Virus record (IMG/VR): IMGVR_UViG_3300010282_000326
DNA from: an uncultured virus (IMG/VR IMGVR_UViG_3300010282_000326)
Lineage: Duplodnaviria; Heunggongvirae; Uroviricota; Caudoviricetes
Length of the DNA stretch: 58,975 nt
Direction: 5' to 3' (one strand)
Made by a program: the position numbers and the translations under genes. The notes under the pieces were generated by a model that did no database searches, was not told the origin of the DNA, and saw nothing but the letters and a program-made list of their open reading frames with translations. Below are positions 1 to 8,048 of the stretch, piece by piece (within the stretch, counting starts at the first letter, position 1; every line of letters begins with the position of its first letter).

Positions 1-234
1 AGAACTGCCGAAAGTTTTGCAAGACATGGTAGAGATTTAGAATATGCTCATAATTATTCATTATCTGTGTACACAAGTACCCCAATCAAGAATAATTATA
101 CAGATGAAATTTTAGCTTGTGACCTTAATACTTTCTTAACAAAGCCAGAAAAGGCTGAAAAGATATTAAGTGAGGTTAGAGGCTTTAACGAAACAAAGGG
201 GTACAAGTCAGAAACAGGAGTTTATCAAAGATAA
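1..234 (+). CDS. partial CDS (3' end), hypothetical protein
   Basis: Frame 1 is open from the window start to TAA at 232-234, directly before the RBS of the next gene. Confidence 0.6.
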   Translation, partial: RTAESFARHGRDLEYAHNYSLSVYTSTPIKNNYTDEILACDLNTFLTKPEKAEKILSEVRGFNETKGYKSETGVYQR

Positions 235-245
235 GGGGGTAGTTT

Positions 246-983
246 ATGCGTAGTGTATCGTTTTGTTTACCGTGTTATAATGAGGCTAGTCGAGGTGATT
301 TTAATGCTCGATTAACTTTATTATATAATTATATAGTTGAAAATGTAGATGATTTTGAGTTGATTCTTATCAGTGATGGCAGTACTGATAATACAAAGGA
401 TATTATTCTACAATTTAGAAAGACTCATGAGAATGTTGTAGCTAAGATTTCAGAGAAAAATTTTGGTAAAAGCTATACTTTGAGAAAGGCTATTTCTTAT
501 GCAGAAAAGGAACTTTTCTTTTTCATGGATGCCGACCTTAGTACAGGTCTTAATTTTATTAAAGTATTTATAGAAAATTGTAAGCCAGATACTTGTGTTG
601 TAGGCGATAGATTTATGAATAATTCTGTAGTACAAAGAAGTGATATTTTCAGAAAAGGTTTGTCTTTTTTTAGTAGATTTATTATAAAGAAGTTTTTTAA
701 ACTTGATGTAAAAGATACACAATGTGGATTTAAATGCTTTAATACTGCTGATTTAAAGAAAATAAATCCTTACTTTGTAAGTAGTAAGTGGCTTTTAGAT
801 ATAGAGATGTTAATTTATCTAAATGAATTAGGGATAGAAATCATTGATTATCCTATTGTTTGGAATTCAGATTTGAAACCTACTTTTAATTCATTACATG
901 GTGCTTTAGTTTCAGGGTTAGAACTTTTAAGAATATTGGTGATAAAGAATGCAAAGATTAAAAGAATTAAAGAAGGAATTTAG
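246..983 (+). CDS. family 2 glycosyltransferase (polyprenol-phosphate glycosyltransferase, DPM/DPG synthase-like)
   Basis: LPCYNE, SDGSTD, NFGKS, MDAD (DxD) and DTQCGFK motifs. Confidence 0.9.
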   Translation: MRSVSFCLPCYNEASRGDFNARLTLLYNYIVENVDDFELILISDGSTDNTKDIILQFRKTHENVVAKISEKNFGKSYTLRKAISYAEKELFFFMDADLSTGLNFIKVFIENCKPDTCVVGDRFMNNSVVQRSDIFRKGLSFFSRFIIKKFFKLDVKDTQCGFKCFNTADLKKINPYFVSSKWLLDIEMLIYLNELGIEIIDYPIVWNSDLKPTFNSLHGALVSGLELLRILVIKNAKIKRIKEGI

Positions 984-2562
984 TGGTTGGGATATTATAT
1001 TTTGCTATTTAATATTAGCTATATTAGCCTTATATAAAATGGATGGTTACAATAAGTATCTCAGCAGTGATTTACAGTTCGTATTTAACAGGTTATCTCA
1101 GATGAGGTCTTGTATAGCAGACGGAAAATACCCTTTCTTTTACTATCACGATTTATTTGAAACGGGGTATGGTTCATCATTCTTTTATGGTCAGTTAACT
1201 TTATTTCCTTTTTTACCTATAATAAACTATAAAGTTTTTACTATGATATACATTGTTACTGCTTTAACAGTTACTTATGTTGGTTTAAAGACTTTATATA
1301 AAAGATTTGCTTCAAATTATAAAGAGTTAGCAATAATAACTGTAATGTCAAGTTTTGGGCTTCATCTTTATTTTGATTATAACACATTGGCTTGTAATAT
1401 TTTAGCTATCGGAATGAGTTTATTTTTTATTGCTTTTATTGTTGATTTCTTTCGAGATGGTAAGAGTTTTTGTAAAGCTGTTATAATGTTTGGGTTAATT
1501 ATATACTCACATTTAATAACAGCACTAATAAGTTTCATAATTTGTGTTGTGGTATTTATCTATTATTTTGATAAAACCAGATTAAAAGAGTATATTAAGT
1601 TTGCTATATGTTGTTGCATAGTTTCTGCTTATTTTATATGTAATTTTTTATATCATTCAGTCACATTAGACAGTACACGGTTATCAAAAATTAATGAATC
1701 GACTAGTAATATTGAGACATTTTATATGTCAAATTATCTTTTTGAAACTAAAGTAGTTGACTTTTATAGTGGTAATATAGCAAATCAAAACTATTCATTT
1801 ATGAGTTTGATTATGTTCATTACTCTTATAGTTTGCTTTATAAAATATAATAGAAAGTATTGGAAACATTTAATTTGTTGCTTTATTTTATTATTTACTT
1901 GTACAGATTTTGGTTGGAAGTTTATACATCAGTTTTTTACAACTAGGATACAGTTCCCAACAAGGTATGATTTATTTATAGTTGTATTATTTATTGGTAT
2001 TTGTTTGCGAAATGTAGATAAGAAGTGGTTATATGTCATATTATTTTTTACTTGCATACCTGAGTTATTGTTCTGTATATTCATGTATGGTAAAGGTGTT
2101 GTGTTAGCAGAGTATGATAGTCCAGAAAAGCAGTCTATCAGTTATAGTGTGGGCAATGGAGAATATCTTGCTTTAGATTTTAGTAGTGATTATTTACTTG
2201 AAAATAAAAATTTTGCTGTTGATGAGACTGGAAAGAAGTATGATATAAAACAAGATAAAGACCTATTAGAAATTAATGTTAATAATAAAGATGTAAAATT
2301 ACAGATACCAAGATTATATTATAAGGGTTATAAAGTTTGGGACAACTTAGGGGTGGCTTATAAGGTTACAAAAGGTAAATGTGGTTTTATCAATGTAGAT
2401 TTGGATGATAAACTTGTAGATAAACTTTATGTTCAATATCAGCATCCTTTATGGTTGATAATTATATTTGGTTTTGATATATTGTTTGCTTTTTGGTTAG
2501 TTTACAGTTGTTTTAAGTCAAGATTGGAGGTTTCTAATGAAGTTAGTGATAATAGCAGGTGA
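949..2562 (+). CDS. polytopic membrane protein, probable GT-C glycosyltransferase (YfhO/PTPS-related-like)
   Basis: Many hydrophobic helices; GYGSSFFYG, IQFPTR, GEYL and LQIPRLYYKGY motifs; overlaps the GT2 gene. Confidence 0.7.
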   Translation: MQRLKELKKEFSGWDIIFCYLILAILALYKMDGYNKYLSSDLQFVFNRLSQMRSCIADGKYPFFYYHDLFETGYGSSFFYGQLTLFPFLPIINYKVFTMIYIVTALTVTYVGLKTLYKRFASNYKELAIITVMSSFGLHLYFDYNTLACNILAIGMSLFFIAFIVDFFRDGKSFCKAVIMFGLIIYSHLITALISFIICVVVFIYYFDKTRLKEYIKFAICCCIVSAYFICNFLYHSVTLDSTRLSKINESTSNIETFYMSNYLFETKVVDFYSGNIANQNYSFMSLIMFITLIVCFIKYNRKYWKHLICCFILLFTCTDFGWKFIHQFFTTRIQFPTRYDLFIVVLFIGICLRNVDKKWLYVILFFTCIPELLFCIFMYGKGVVLAEYDSPEKQSISYSVGNGEYLALDFSSDYLLENKNFAVDETGKKYDIKQDKDLLEINVNNKDVKLQIPRLYYKGYKVWDNLGVAYKVTKGKCGFINVDLDDKLVDKLYVQYQHPLWLIIIFGFDILFAFWLVYSCFKSRLEVSNEVSDNSR

Positions 2563-3106
2563 TGCAGCAGTTGGAAAGATGACAGTTGGTCAAGAGTTAG
2601 CAAAACAAACTGGGTTAAGACTATTTCATAATCATGTGACAATAGAGCCAGTTATTGAAGTTTTTGGTTACTATGACTCAAAAATAATAAATAAGCTCAG
2701 GCTTATTATGTTTGAAGAGTTTGCTCGCAGTGATTTAGATGGAATGATTTTTACTTGTATGGTTGATTATGATAATCCAGTAGAGCGATTATATGTTGAG
2801 AATATTAAGAGTGTGTTTGAAGTTTTCTTAGAAGAGAAAGGTAGAGAGTTAGAGTTTTATTATGTGGAACTTGATGCTTCTCAAGAGACCAGACTCCAGC
2901 GTAATACTACAGAAAACAGATTAAATAATAAGCCAAGTAAAAGAGAAATCGAGGTTTCAAATCAACGACTTATAGATGATGATAAAAATGGCAGATTTGT
3001 TAGTAAGGAAGGTGAAGTCGAATATGATAATTTCTTGCGAATTATTAACGATAATCTTTCTGTTGCTGAACAAGTTGATTTAATAAGACGGAGGTTCGAG
3101 TTTTGA
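2537..3106 (+). CDS. P-loop kinase (shikimate/nucleotide kinase-like)
   Basis: N-terminal IIAGDAAVGKMT Walker A; LFHNH; RLQRN lid; GGAGG RBS. Confidence 0.8.
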   Translation: MKLVIIAGDAAVGKMTVGQELAKQTGLRLFHNHVTIEPVIEVFGYYDSKIINKLRLIMFEEFARSDLDGMIFTCMVDYDNPVERLYVENIKSVFEVFLEEKGRELEFYYVELDASQETRLQRNTTENRLNNKPSKREIEVSNQRLIDDDKNGRFVSKEGEVEYDNFLRIINDNLSVAEQVDLIRRRFEF

Positions 3107-3205
3107 CATATCCTTGTAGAAATTGCGTATATTTTCCGATTTGTGGTTCTAATACGAGAACTATGTTTTGTGCAGGAAGAAAAACTAAGAGTGAGGTTAA
3201 AAGGG

Positions 3206-3799
3206 ATGAAAAGCACAAGAGCAATAAAACGCCAAGGAAATAAAGCAGAAAAAGAAGTTTCTACTGTATTACGAAGTATGGGTAGAAATTATCATGTATT
3301 TGATAATGTAATGCTTAAGACAAATAAACAGGGAGGTACAACACAAATAGACCATGTGGTAGTATCTCCTTTTGGTATTTTTGTTATTGAAACTAAGTCA
3401 CATAAGGGTAAAATTTATGGAGATTGCCTTGGTAAGTATTGGACACAATGTCTATACAATAAGAGGGGTACTATAGATAAATATACTTTTTATAGTCCAT
3501 ATCTTCAAAATGCTGGACATCTAAAAAATATGTATAAGTTAACTGGTTTAGATTGTACATATTTTTTAGGTTTAATAGTATTTACAAGTGATGAGATTAA
3601 TATGATTGATGTTAGATGTCCTAACGCTTGTCATGTTAATGAATTAGCTCAGTATATGTATTCCTATAAGAAACGAATATTATCTGATGCTCAGGTAAAT
3701 AGTTTGATTGGCTTAATCAAGAAAAATAATATTCAGTCTGCTTATTTTGATAAGAAACATGTAAAGTATGTTAAGACTATGCAGAAAGGAAATAAATAG
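3206..3799 (+). CDS. NERD-domain nuclease-related protein
   Basis: G-x-x-AE, TTQIDHVVVSPFGIFVIETKS and SPYLQN motifs; ATG at 3206 preferred over GTG at 3143. Confidence 0.85.
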   Translation: MKSTRAIKRQGNKAEKEVSTVLRSMGRNYHVFDNVMLKTNKQGGTTQIDHVVVSPFGIFVIETKSHKGKIYGDCLGKYWTQCLYNKRGTIDKYTFYSPYLQNAGHLKNMYKLTGLDCTYFLGLIVFTSDEINMIDVRCPNACHVNELAQYMYSYKKRILSDAQVNSLIGLIKKNNIQSAYFDKKHVKYVKTMQKGNK

Positions 3800-3801
3800 T
3801 T

Positions 3802-4644
3802 ATGTTTTTTGTTTGTGCTAAATATGATAACGATATGTTTGGTGTAATCGATACTGTAGATGGTAAAATAGAACAGTATTCTGCATCACAGTTAATCGAG
3901 TCAGTAAAGCTTGGTATAACTATTCATGGTATTGAGATTCGTTCAATTGGAACAGTTATCAATGTTGTGACACCTAAATCTTTTTCTATAGTTCAGGAAT
4001 CATTTTATTCTAATTTAGATGTAATAGATAGAAAAAAGGCAGGTGGAGCTTTAGCAAAAACAAAATTATTAGGGGTAGAGCCATTTTATCGTGTGTTTAG
4101 TCCTTTATATAAAGAACATTGTATAGGAAATATAGAAGAGCTTATACTTAATTTTCATAGTTACAATGAAAAACAGCAGATTATGACTTTTGGGTTTGCT
4201 TGCGATTATAGCTGTAATTATTTTGAAGTTAAGATGTCTGATTTAAATAGATTATTAAAAAATAGTCCTTATAATAGTAAAGTTACTATGCGTACTGGTT
4301 CAGTTGATAAAATTCCTTTATGTATTGATGGTATTTGTTATATAGCTTTTCCTTTAGTTTATAGAGATTATTTAGTTAAGTCTTTAATGAACTTTTTAAA
4401 TTATTTTCTTTCTTCAAGGACAAATAAGAATTTTAGATTAGGAAGTATGCAATTTGAGGATTTAATTATTCAGAAAAGGCGACAAGATACAAATATAGGA
4501 AAAGCTAGTGTTATAGATATATTATATAATTTCGAAGGTTTGCTTATTTGTTTAGATTATGGTATGAAAGAGAGTTATTTGGGAGTTACTGATGCTTCAG
4601 ATTCTTTATATAAATTAATTAGTAGATTATCTAATGAAGATTAG
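3802..4644 (+). CDS. hypothetical protein with recurring N-terminal GVxDxxDGxxE module
   Basis: 280-aa ORF; N-terminus resembles that of 12030..13073. Confidence 0.7.
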   Translation: MFFVCAKYDNDMFGVIDTVDGKIEQYSASQLIESVKLGITIHGIEIRSIGTVINVVTPKSFSIVQESFYSNLDVIDRKKAGGALAKTKLLGVEPFYRVFSPLYKEHCIGNIEELILNFHSYNEKQQIMTFGFACDYSCNYFEVKMSDLNRLLKNSPYNSKVTMRTGSVDKIPLCIDGICYIAFPLVYRDYLVKSLMNFLNYFLSSRTNKNFRLGSMQFEDLIIQKRRQDTNIGKASVIDILYNFEGLLICLDYGMKESYLGVTDASDSLYKLISRLSNED

Positions 4645-4686
4645 CCAAATATTTTATGATATTTATAAAATATTTTTAAGAAAGCC

Positions 4687-4715
4687 TTGACAAAAGGCTT
4701 TTTTAATGCTATAAT
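4687..4715 (+). promoter_or_regulatory. consensus sigma70/sigmaA promoter upstream of the tRNA/ncRNA cluster
   Basis: TTGACA (4687-4692), 17 bp spacer, TGc-TATAAT (4710-4715); the -35 lies inside an inverted repeat AAAGCCTT/AAGGCTTT followed by a T-run. Confidence 0.9.
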
Positions 4716-4750
4716 GTACTCACTTCAAAAGTAAAAAATCTTATGAAGTT

Positions 4751-4863
4751 TGGTAACAAAAACCAACTGTCAGTATTTTTGCAGTTAAGATGTGTGGCTT
4801 ATCAACCTTAAGATTATATGGTAACAAAAACCAACTGTCAGTATTTTTGCAGTTAAGATGTGT
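4751..4863 (+). repeat. two identical 45-bp direct repeats (4751-4795, 4819-4863)
   Basis: TGGTAACAAAAACCAACTGTCAGTATTTTTGCAGTTAAGATGTGT twice, 23 bp apart. Confidence 0.95.
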
Positions 4864-4891
4864 AGTTAGCCGACTTAAGGCTTTATATTGT

Positions 4892-4965
4892 GGATATATA
4901 GTTCAGTTGGTTAGAACATTCGGCTCATAACCGAACGGTCTTAGGTTCGAGTCCTAATATATCCA
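4892..4965 (+). tRNA. tRNA with CAT anticodon, probably tRNA-Ile2 (lysidine, reads AUA) rather than Met
   Basis: Cloverleaf: GGATATA/TATATCC acceptor, TTCGG-CTCATAA-CCGAA anticodon arm, TTCGAGT T-loop; CGGCTCATAACCG context resembles Firmicute Ile2. Confidence 0.9.
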
Positions 4966-5038
4966 TTTTGCAGATGCCATTCTGCAAAGCCTTCGCTCAA
5001 GACTGGTGAGATAACGCCATTGTCTTACCAGTCGACTT

Positions 5039-5122
5039 GCACTTGTGGTGGAATAGGCAGACACAAGGGACTTAAAATCCCTCGGAGGAAACTCCATACG
5101 GGTTCGACTCCCGTCAGGTGCA
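5039..5122 (+). tRNA. tRNA-Leu (TAA)
   Basis: GCACTTG/CAGGTGC acceptor, AGGGA-CTTAAAA-TCCCT anticodon arm, long variable arm GGAG-GAAA-CTCC, TTCGACT T-loop. Confidence 0.95.
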
Positions 5123-5201
5123 TTACTTGTGGTTATAGACAAGTACCTTGTTTTTCATGGCAGTTGAAAAGACAACTGGCGACTCGGAAAGACGAGTAAT
5201 T

Positions 5202-5252
5202 ACATCTAAGTTTTGGGAAACAATAAATACGAGTTCGATTCTCGGTAGATGT
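5202..5252 (+). pseudogene. truncated tRNA-like element (acceptor stem + T arm, no normal D/anticodon arms)
   Basis: ACATCTA/TAGATGT 7-bp stem enclosing CGAG-TTCGATT-CTCG. Confidence 0.5.
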
Positions 5253-5336
5253 TTTGTCGGCATGGAATGTTAAGGTGTCAAGTATATCTTGATAGATATG
5301 CATTCTGTGCTGACTTTGTCTAAGGAGTTAAAGATT

Positions 5337-5561
5337 ATGTTTATTAATGGAGCAGACATAAAAGTTGAAAAAGTTGGAATGAGTCTTGTATTCAGTGTAT
5401 TAAACGTTGGTGATATTATGCGTTTTAACATTGAAAAAGGAGATATAACTTATTTAGATAATTTTAATAAGTTAAGCTCAGGAAGATTCGAGCAGATTGA
5501 GGCTTTTTGTCTTGATTTTATGAATAAGTATGAAAAAGACAGTTCAATTTATAAGGGGTAG
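5337..5561 (+). CDS. hypothetical protein
   Basis: ATG at 5337 after TAAGGAG RBS, in frame with ORF 5289..5561. Confidence 0.6.
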   Translation: MFINGADIKVEKVGMSLVFSVLNVGDIMRFNIEKGDITYLDNFNKLSSGRFEQIEAFCLDFMNKYEKDSSIYKG

Positions 5562-5564
5562 TGT

Positions 5565-5897
5565 ATGAAAGCTTTTAAGTTAGTTTATGATGCTAAATTA
5601 AATCGTCTTAAGTCTTTACAGTTCGATGTAAAGAATGAAAGAGATTTTAGTTCTGACCCAGATACAAATTTATCTGATTCAGTTAACTCACATAATTGCA
5701 ATCCAGATACATTTTTATATAGTTTAGCTTGTTTTAATAATGAGTTGGCTATAGGTTCTTTAGAGATTAGAAAATGTAACCGCTGTAATAAGTATTTTAT
5801 GCTTGCAGATGATGAAAAAGATTGGTTTTTGCAAAAAGATATGTGCTTACCAAAGCGATGCAAGTTATGCAGAGGTAAGAAGCAGATTGCAGTATAA
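5565..5897 (+). CDS. zinc-ribbon protein (zf-trcl-like C-terminus)
   Basis: CNRC-x-F-x-EKDWF-x-K-x-PKRCKLCR pattern. Confidence 0.75.
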   Translation: MKAFKLVYDAKLNRLKSLQFDVKNERDFSSDPDTNLSDSVNSHNCNPDTFLYSLACFNNELAIGSLEIRKCNRCNKYFMLADDEKDWFLQKDMCLPKRCKLCRGKKQIAV

Positions 5898-5905
5898 TAT
5901 TACAG

Positions 5906-5978
5906 TGGGCTATCGCCAAGCGGTAAGGCACAGGACTTTGACTCCTGCATTTCGTCAGTTCGAATCTGACTAGCCCAG
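5906..5978 (+). tRNA. tRNA-Gln (TTG)
   Basis: TGGGCTA/TAGCCCA acceptor, CAGGA-CTTTGAC-TCCTG anticodon arm, TTCGAAT T-loop. Confidence 0.95.
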
Positions 5979-5981
5979 TTA

Positions 5982-6250
5982 GGCGAGTACAAAGCACAGG
6001 CATGGTCTTAAAGATATAACTGTGTATATCTTAAAGATACCTTTGTATTCGTCAAAAATTTAAAGACCGTTGCAGTTAACCTACAGTCCTTTTAGGAACA
6101 GTCAAAAGTACTTTAAGGATTGCCATTGTGTAGGCTAAGGTACATGGCTACTGCCCAGTTGCTAGTGAGGCTACATAGCAGTTAAGCAACAAAAAACTTG
6201 GAGTTGACTTGTGTAGTAGAGTCGTAGCTCTTTGTTTGGCTAAGTTTTGG
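5982..6250 (+). ncRNA. candidate structured ncRNA of unknown class
   Basis: No sense ORF; at least eight complementary segment pairs, three of them crossing (pseudoknot-like); lies between tRNA-Gln and tRNA-Pro. Confidence 0.55.
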
Positions 6251-6265
6251 TTTATAGGCTTGTTT

Positions 6266-6340
6266 CGGAATGTAGTTCAGTTTGGCTAGAACGCTTGATT
6301 TGGGTTCAAGAAGTCGCAAGTTCGAATCTTGTCATTCCGA
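6266..6340 (+). tRNA. tRNA-Pro (TGG)
   Basis: CGGAATG/CATTCCG acceptor, CTTGA-TTTGGGT-TCAAG anticodon arm, TTCGAAT T-loop. Confidence 0.95.
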
Positions 6341-6390
6341 TTAGTGATATTGGATATTTTTGGTGGTGCAAAAGTTTAAGATATTGCTAA

Positions 6391-6490
6391 TATGCGGTTG
6401 ATGTCCAAAGGGACAGACCTGCGTGAAGCAGGTAGGTAGACATACCGAGGGGAAGTAGTGGGTAGCTCCCATGAAGAAACCGTCTGCATA
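6391..6490 (+). ncRNA. candidate multi-branched small RNA
   Basis: GC-rich island; closing stem TATGCGG/CTGCATA encloses four hairpins. Confidence 0.5.
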
Positions 6491-6530
6491 GACATTGAGT
6501 TGTCTAACTGCAATTAAAGGGGTAGTTTAT

Positions 6531-7199
6531 ATGAGAATAATTGATAAACAACAAGATTATTACGATTATTTACAAAGTCCTACTGATACACTTGTCTTTG
6601 ATAGACGAGGTTCTTTTTTACTATCTAAGGAACAGTTTTGTAAAGATTTAGATTTGTATCGGGAAAGGTCAAGGTATCGTTTCGTTTTATTACAGTGCGG
6701 AGCGACATATTGGCTATTTTTAGCAACTATAAAAGATAAGGAGTCTTATGATTATTCCTTAGAGTTATTAACTTCATGGAAGAATTATAGTAAAGAAATT
6801 AAGTTATTGCAACTTGATACAGTTGATATGAGAGATATCTTTGGTCTTTATGATTATAAGATTAAAGATTTAGATTGTGATAAAATAAAATCAAGAGTGC
6901 AAGACTTTAAAGATGCTATTGATAGAAATAATTTTAGTGTAGTTAGAAATATTAGTTCTAATATAAAGTACACAGATTATAAGAATAGCTATAAAAAAGA
7001 AAAGTCTACTTTACCTTTATTAAAGGCTTGTGGTATTAGCTCTTTAATTCAGCCTTTAGATATGTTTACAGCCATTGAAGAATACTTTTCCTTAGTGAAA
7101 TCAAGTTCTGAAACTACAGAGGCTAAAGGAGCAACAAATGATGATAAAATAGTAATGCATGGTTTTGATACTAAGACCTCATTTAGAGGTAAGAGATAA
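6531..7199 (+). CDS. hypothetical phage-type protein
   Basis: ATG at 6531 after AAGGGGTAG; MRII...DYYD start and HGFD.KTSFR end. Confidence 0.75.
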   Translation: MRIIDKQQDYYDYLQSPTDTLVFDRRGSFLLSKEQFCKDLDLYRERSRYRFVLLQCGATYWLFLATIKDKESYDYSLELLTSWKNYSKEIKLLQLDTVDMRDIFGLYDYKIKDLDCDKIKSRVQDFKDAIDRNNFSVVRNISSNIKYTDYKNSYKKEKSTLPLLKACGISSLIQPLDMFTAIEEYFSLVKSSSETTEAKGATNDDKIVMHGFDTKTSFRGKR

Positions 7200-7209
7200 G
7201 GAGTTAATT

Positions 7210-7380
7210 ATGTATATTTTGTTTGAAAAAGCAAATGCAACTTCAAGGAAAGATAATATTCATTACTATGATGCTATGGGGTATTGTACTTCTGAAGAAG
7301 AAGCAATGAAATGGAGAGATTCTAATCCAGATTATAGAGTATATAAGTATTGTCCAGATAAGGAAATAAAGATGGATTAA
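7210..7380 (+). CDS. small hypothetical protein
   Basis: ATG at 7210 after TAAGGAG RBS. Confidence 0.6.
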   Translation: MYILFEKANATSRKDNIHYYDAMGYCTSEEEAMKWRDSNPDYRVYKYCPDKEIKMD

Positions 7381-7404
7381 GATACTGTAGAAAGAGGTGA
7401 TGTT

Positions 7405-7959
7405 ATGGGTAAGCCAGCTTTATCTGAAGAGAAAATCACTCAGATATTTAAGCTATACCTAGAGAACAAGTCAGCTAAGGAAATATCCGAAAAATTAGGG
7501 GTATCCTATGCTACTGTTCTAAAGTATATTAAGATGGGTGAAATTGAAGATATAAAAAAGAAGATGGAAAAGGAAAATAAGAAACCTAAAGTTGATGCAA
7601 AGAAAAAGCAACCAGCAAAAAAGACTTCAAGTACTACAAAAAAGGTTGAAAAGAAGAAGGAAAAGCCTATGATAACTGAAGTAGATAAGCCTAAAAAAGA
7701 AGTAGTTATGACAAAAAAGTCCGTGACGCAGGATTTACTTGATAAAGCATCAATTAAGTCTAGGCTGAAACGGAATAAAAACTTAAAGGTTGGAATCCTA
7801 ATGCCAAGTTCTTGTGAGGATAAAAAAGTTAAAGCTAAAAAAGAAGAGGAATACGATGAGTTATATGGCGAGGATAGATGGTATTGGATATCCAGAGAGG
7901 AAATGGTATTAAATATCATGGTAAAAATTGATGATATGAAGTTAGATGGTAGTATCTAA
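7405..7959 (+). CDS. helix-turn-helix DNA-binding protein with Lys-rich linker
   Basis: SAKEISEKLGVSYATVLKY HTH followed by a very basic low-complexity region. Confidence 0.75.
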   Translation: MGKPALSEEKITQIFKLYLENKSAKEISEKLGVSYATVLKYIKMGEIEDIKKKMEKENKKPKVDAKKKQPAKKTSSTTKKVEKKKEKPMITEVDKPKKEVVMTKKSVTQDLLDKASIKSRLKRNKNLKVGILMPSSCEDKKVKAKKEEEYDELYGEDRWYWISREEMVLNIMVKIDDMKLDGSI

Positions 7960-7960
7960 G

Positions 7961-7990
7961 GAGGGAGTGGAGTTTACTCCCTCTCTTTTT
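7961..7990 (+). terminator. intrinsic terminator
   Basis: GAGGGAGT/ACTCCCTC stem followed by a T-rich tail. Confidence 0.75.
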
Positions 7991-8048
7991 GATTTACTTA
8001 TAAAGCTAATATATTACAAATAGTAAATTTTAATTTGGAGGTTAGTTC

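Noticed and set aside
4751..4863. CRISPR array
   Set aside because: Only two repeats, 45 bp long with a 23-bp spacer, and no cas genes in the window; kept as an unexplained repeat
4954..5142. Minus-strand 62-aa ORF
   Set aside because: Antisense shadow of tRNA-Leu and the end of the CAT tRNA
5797..6003. Minus-strand 68-aa ORF
   Set aside because: Antisense shadow of tRNA-Gln
5982..6490. tmRNA, RNase P RNA or hammerhead ribozyme as the identity of the structured RNAs
   Set aside because: No tRNA-like ends or tag ORF for tmRNA, no GAGGAAAGUCC core for RNase P, and no CUGANGA core for a hammerhead
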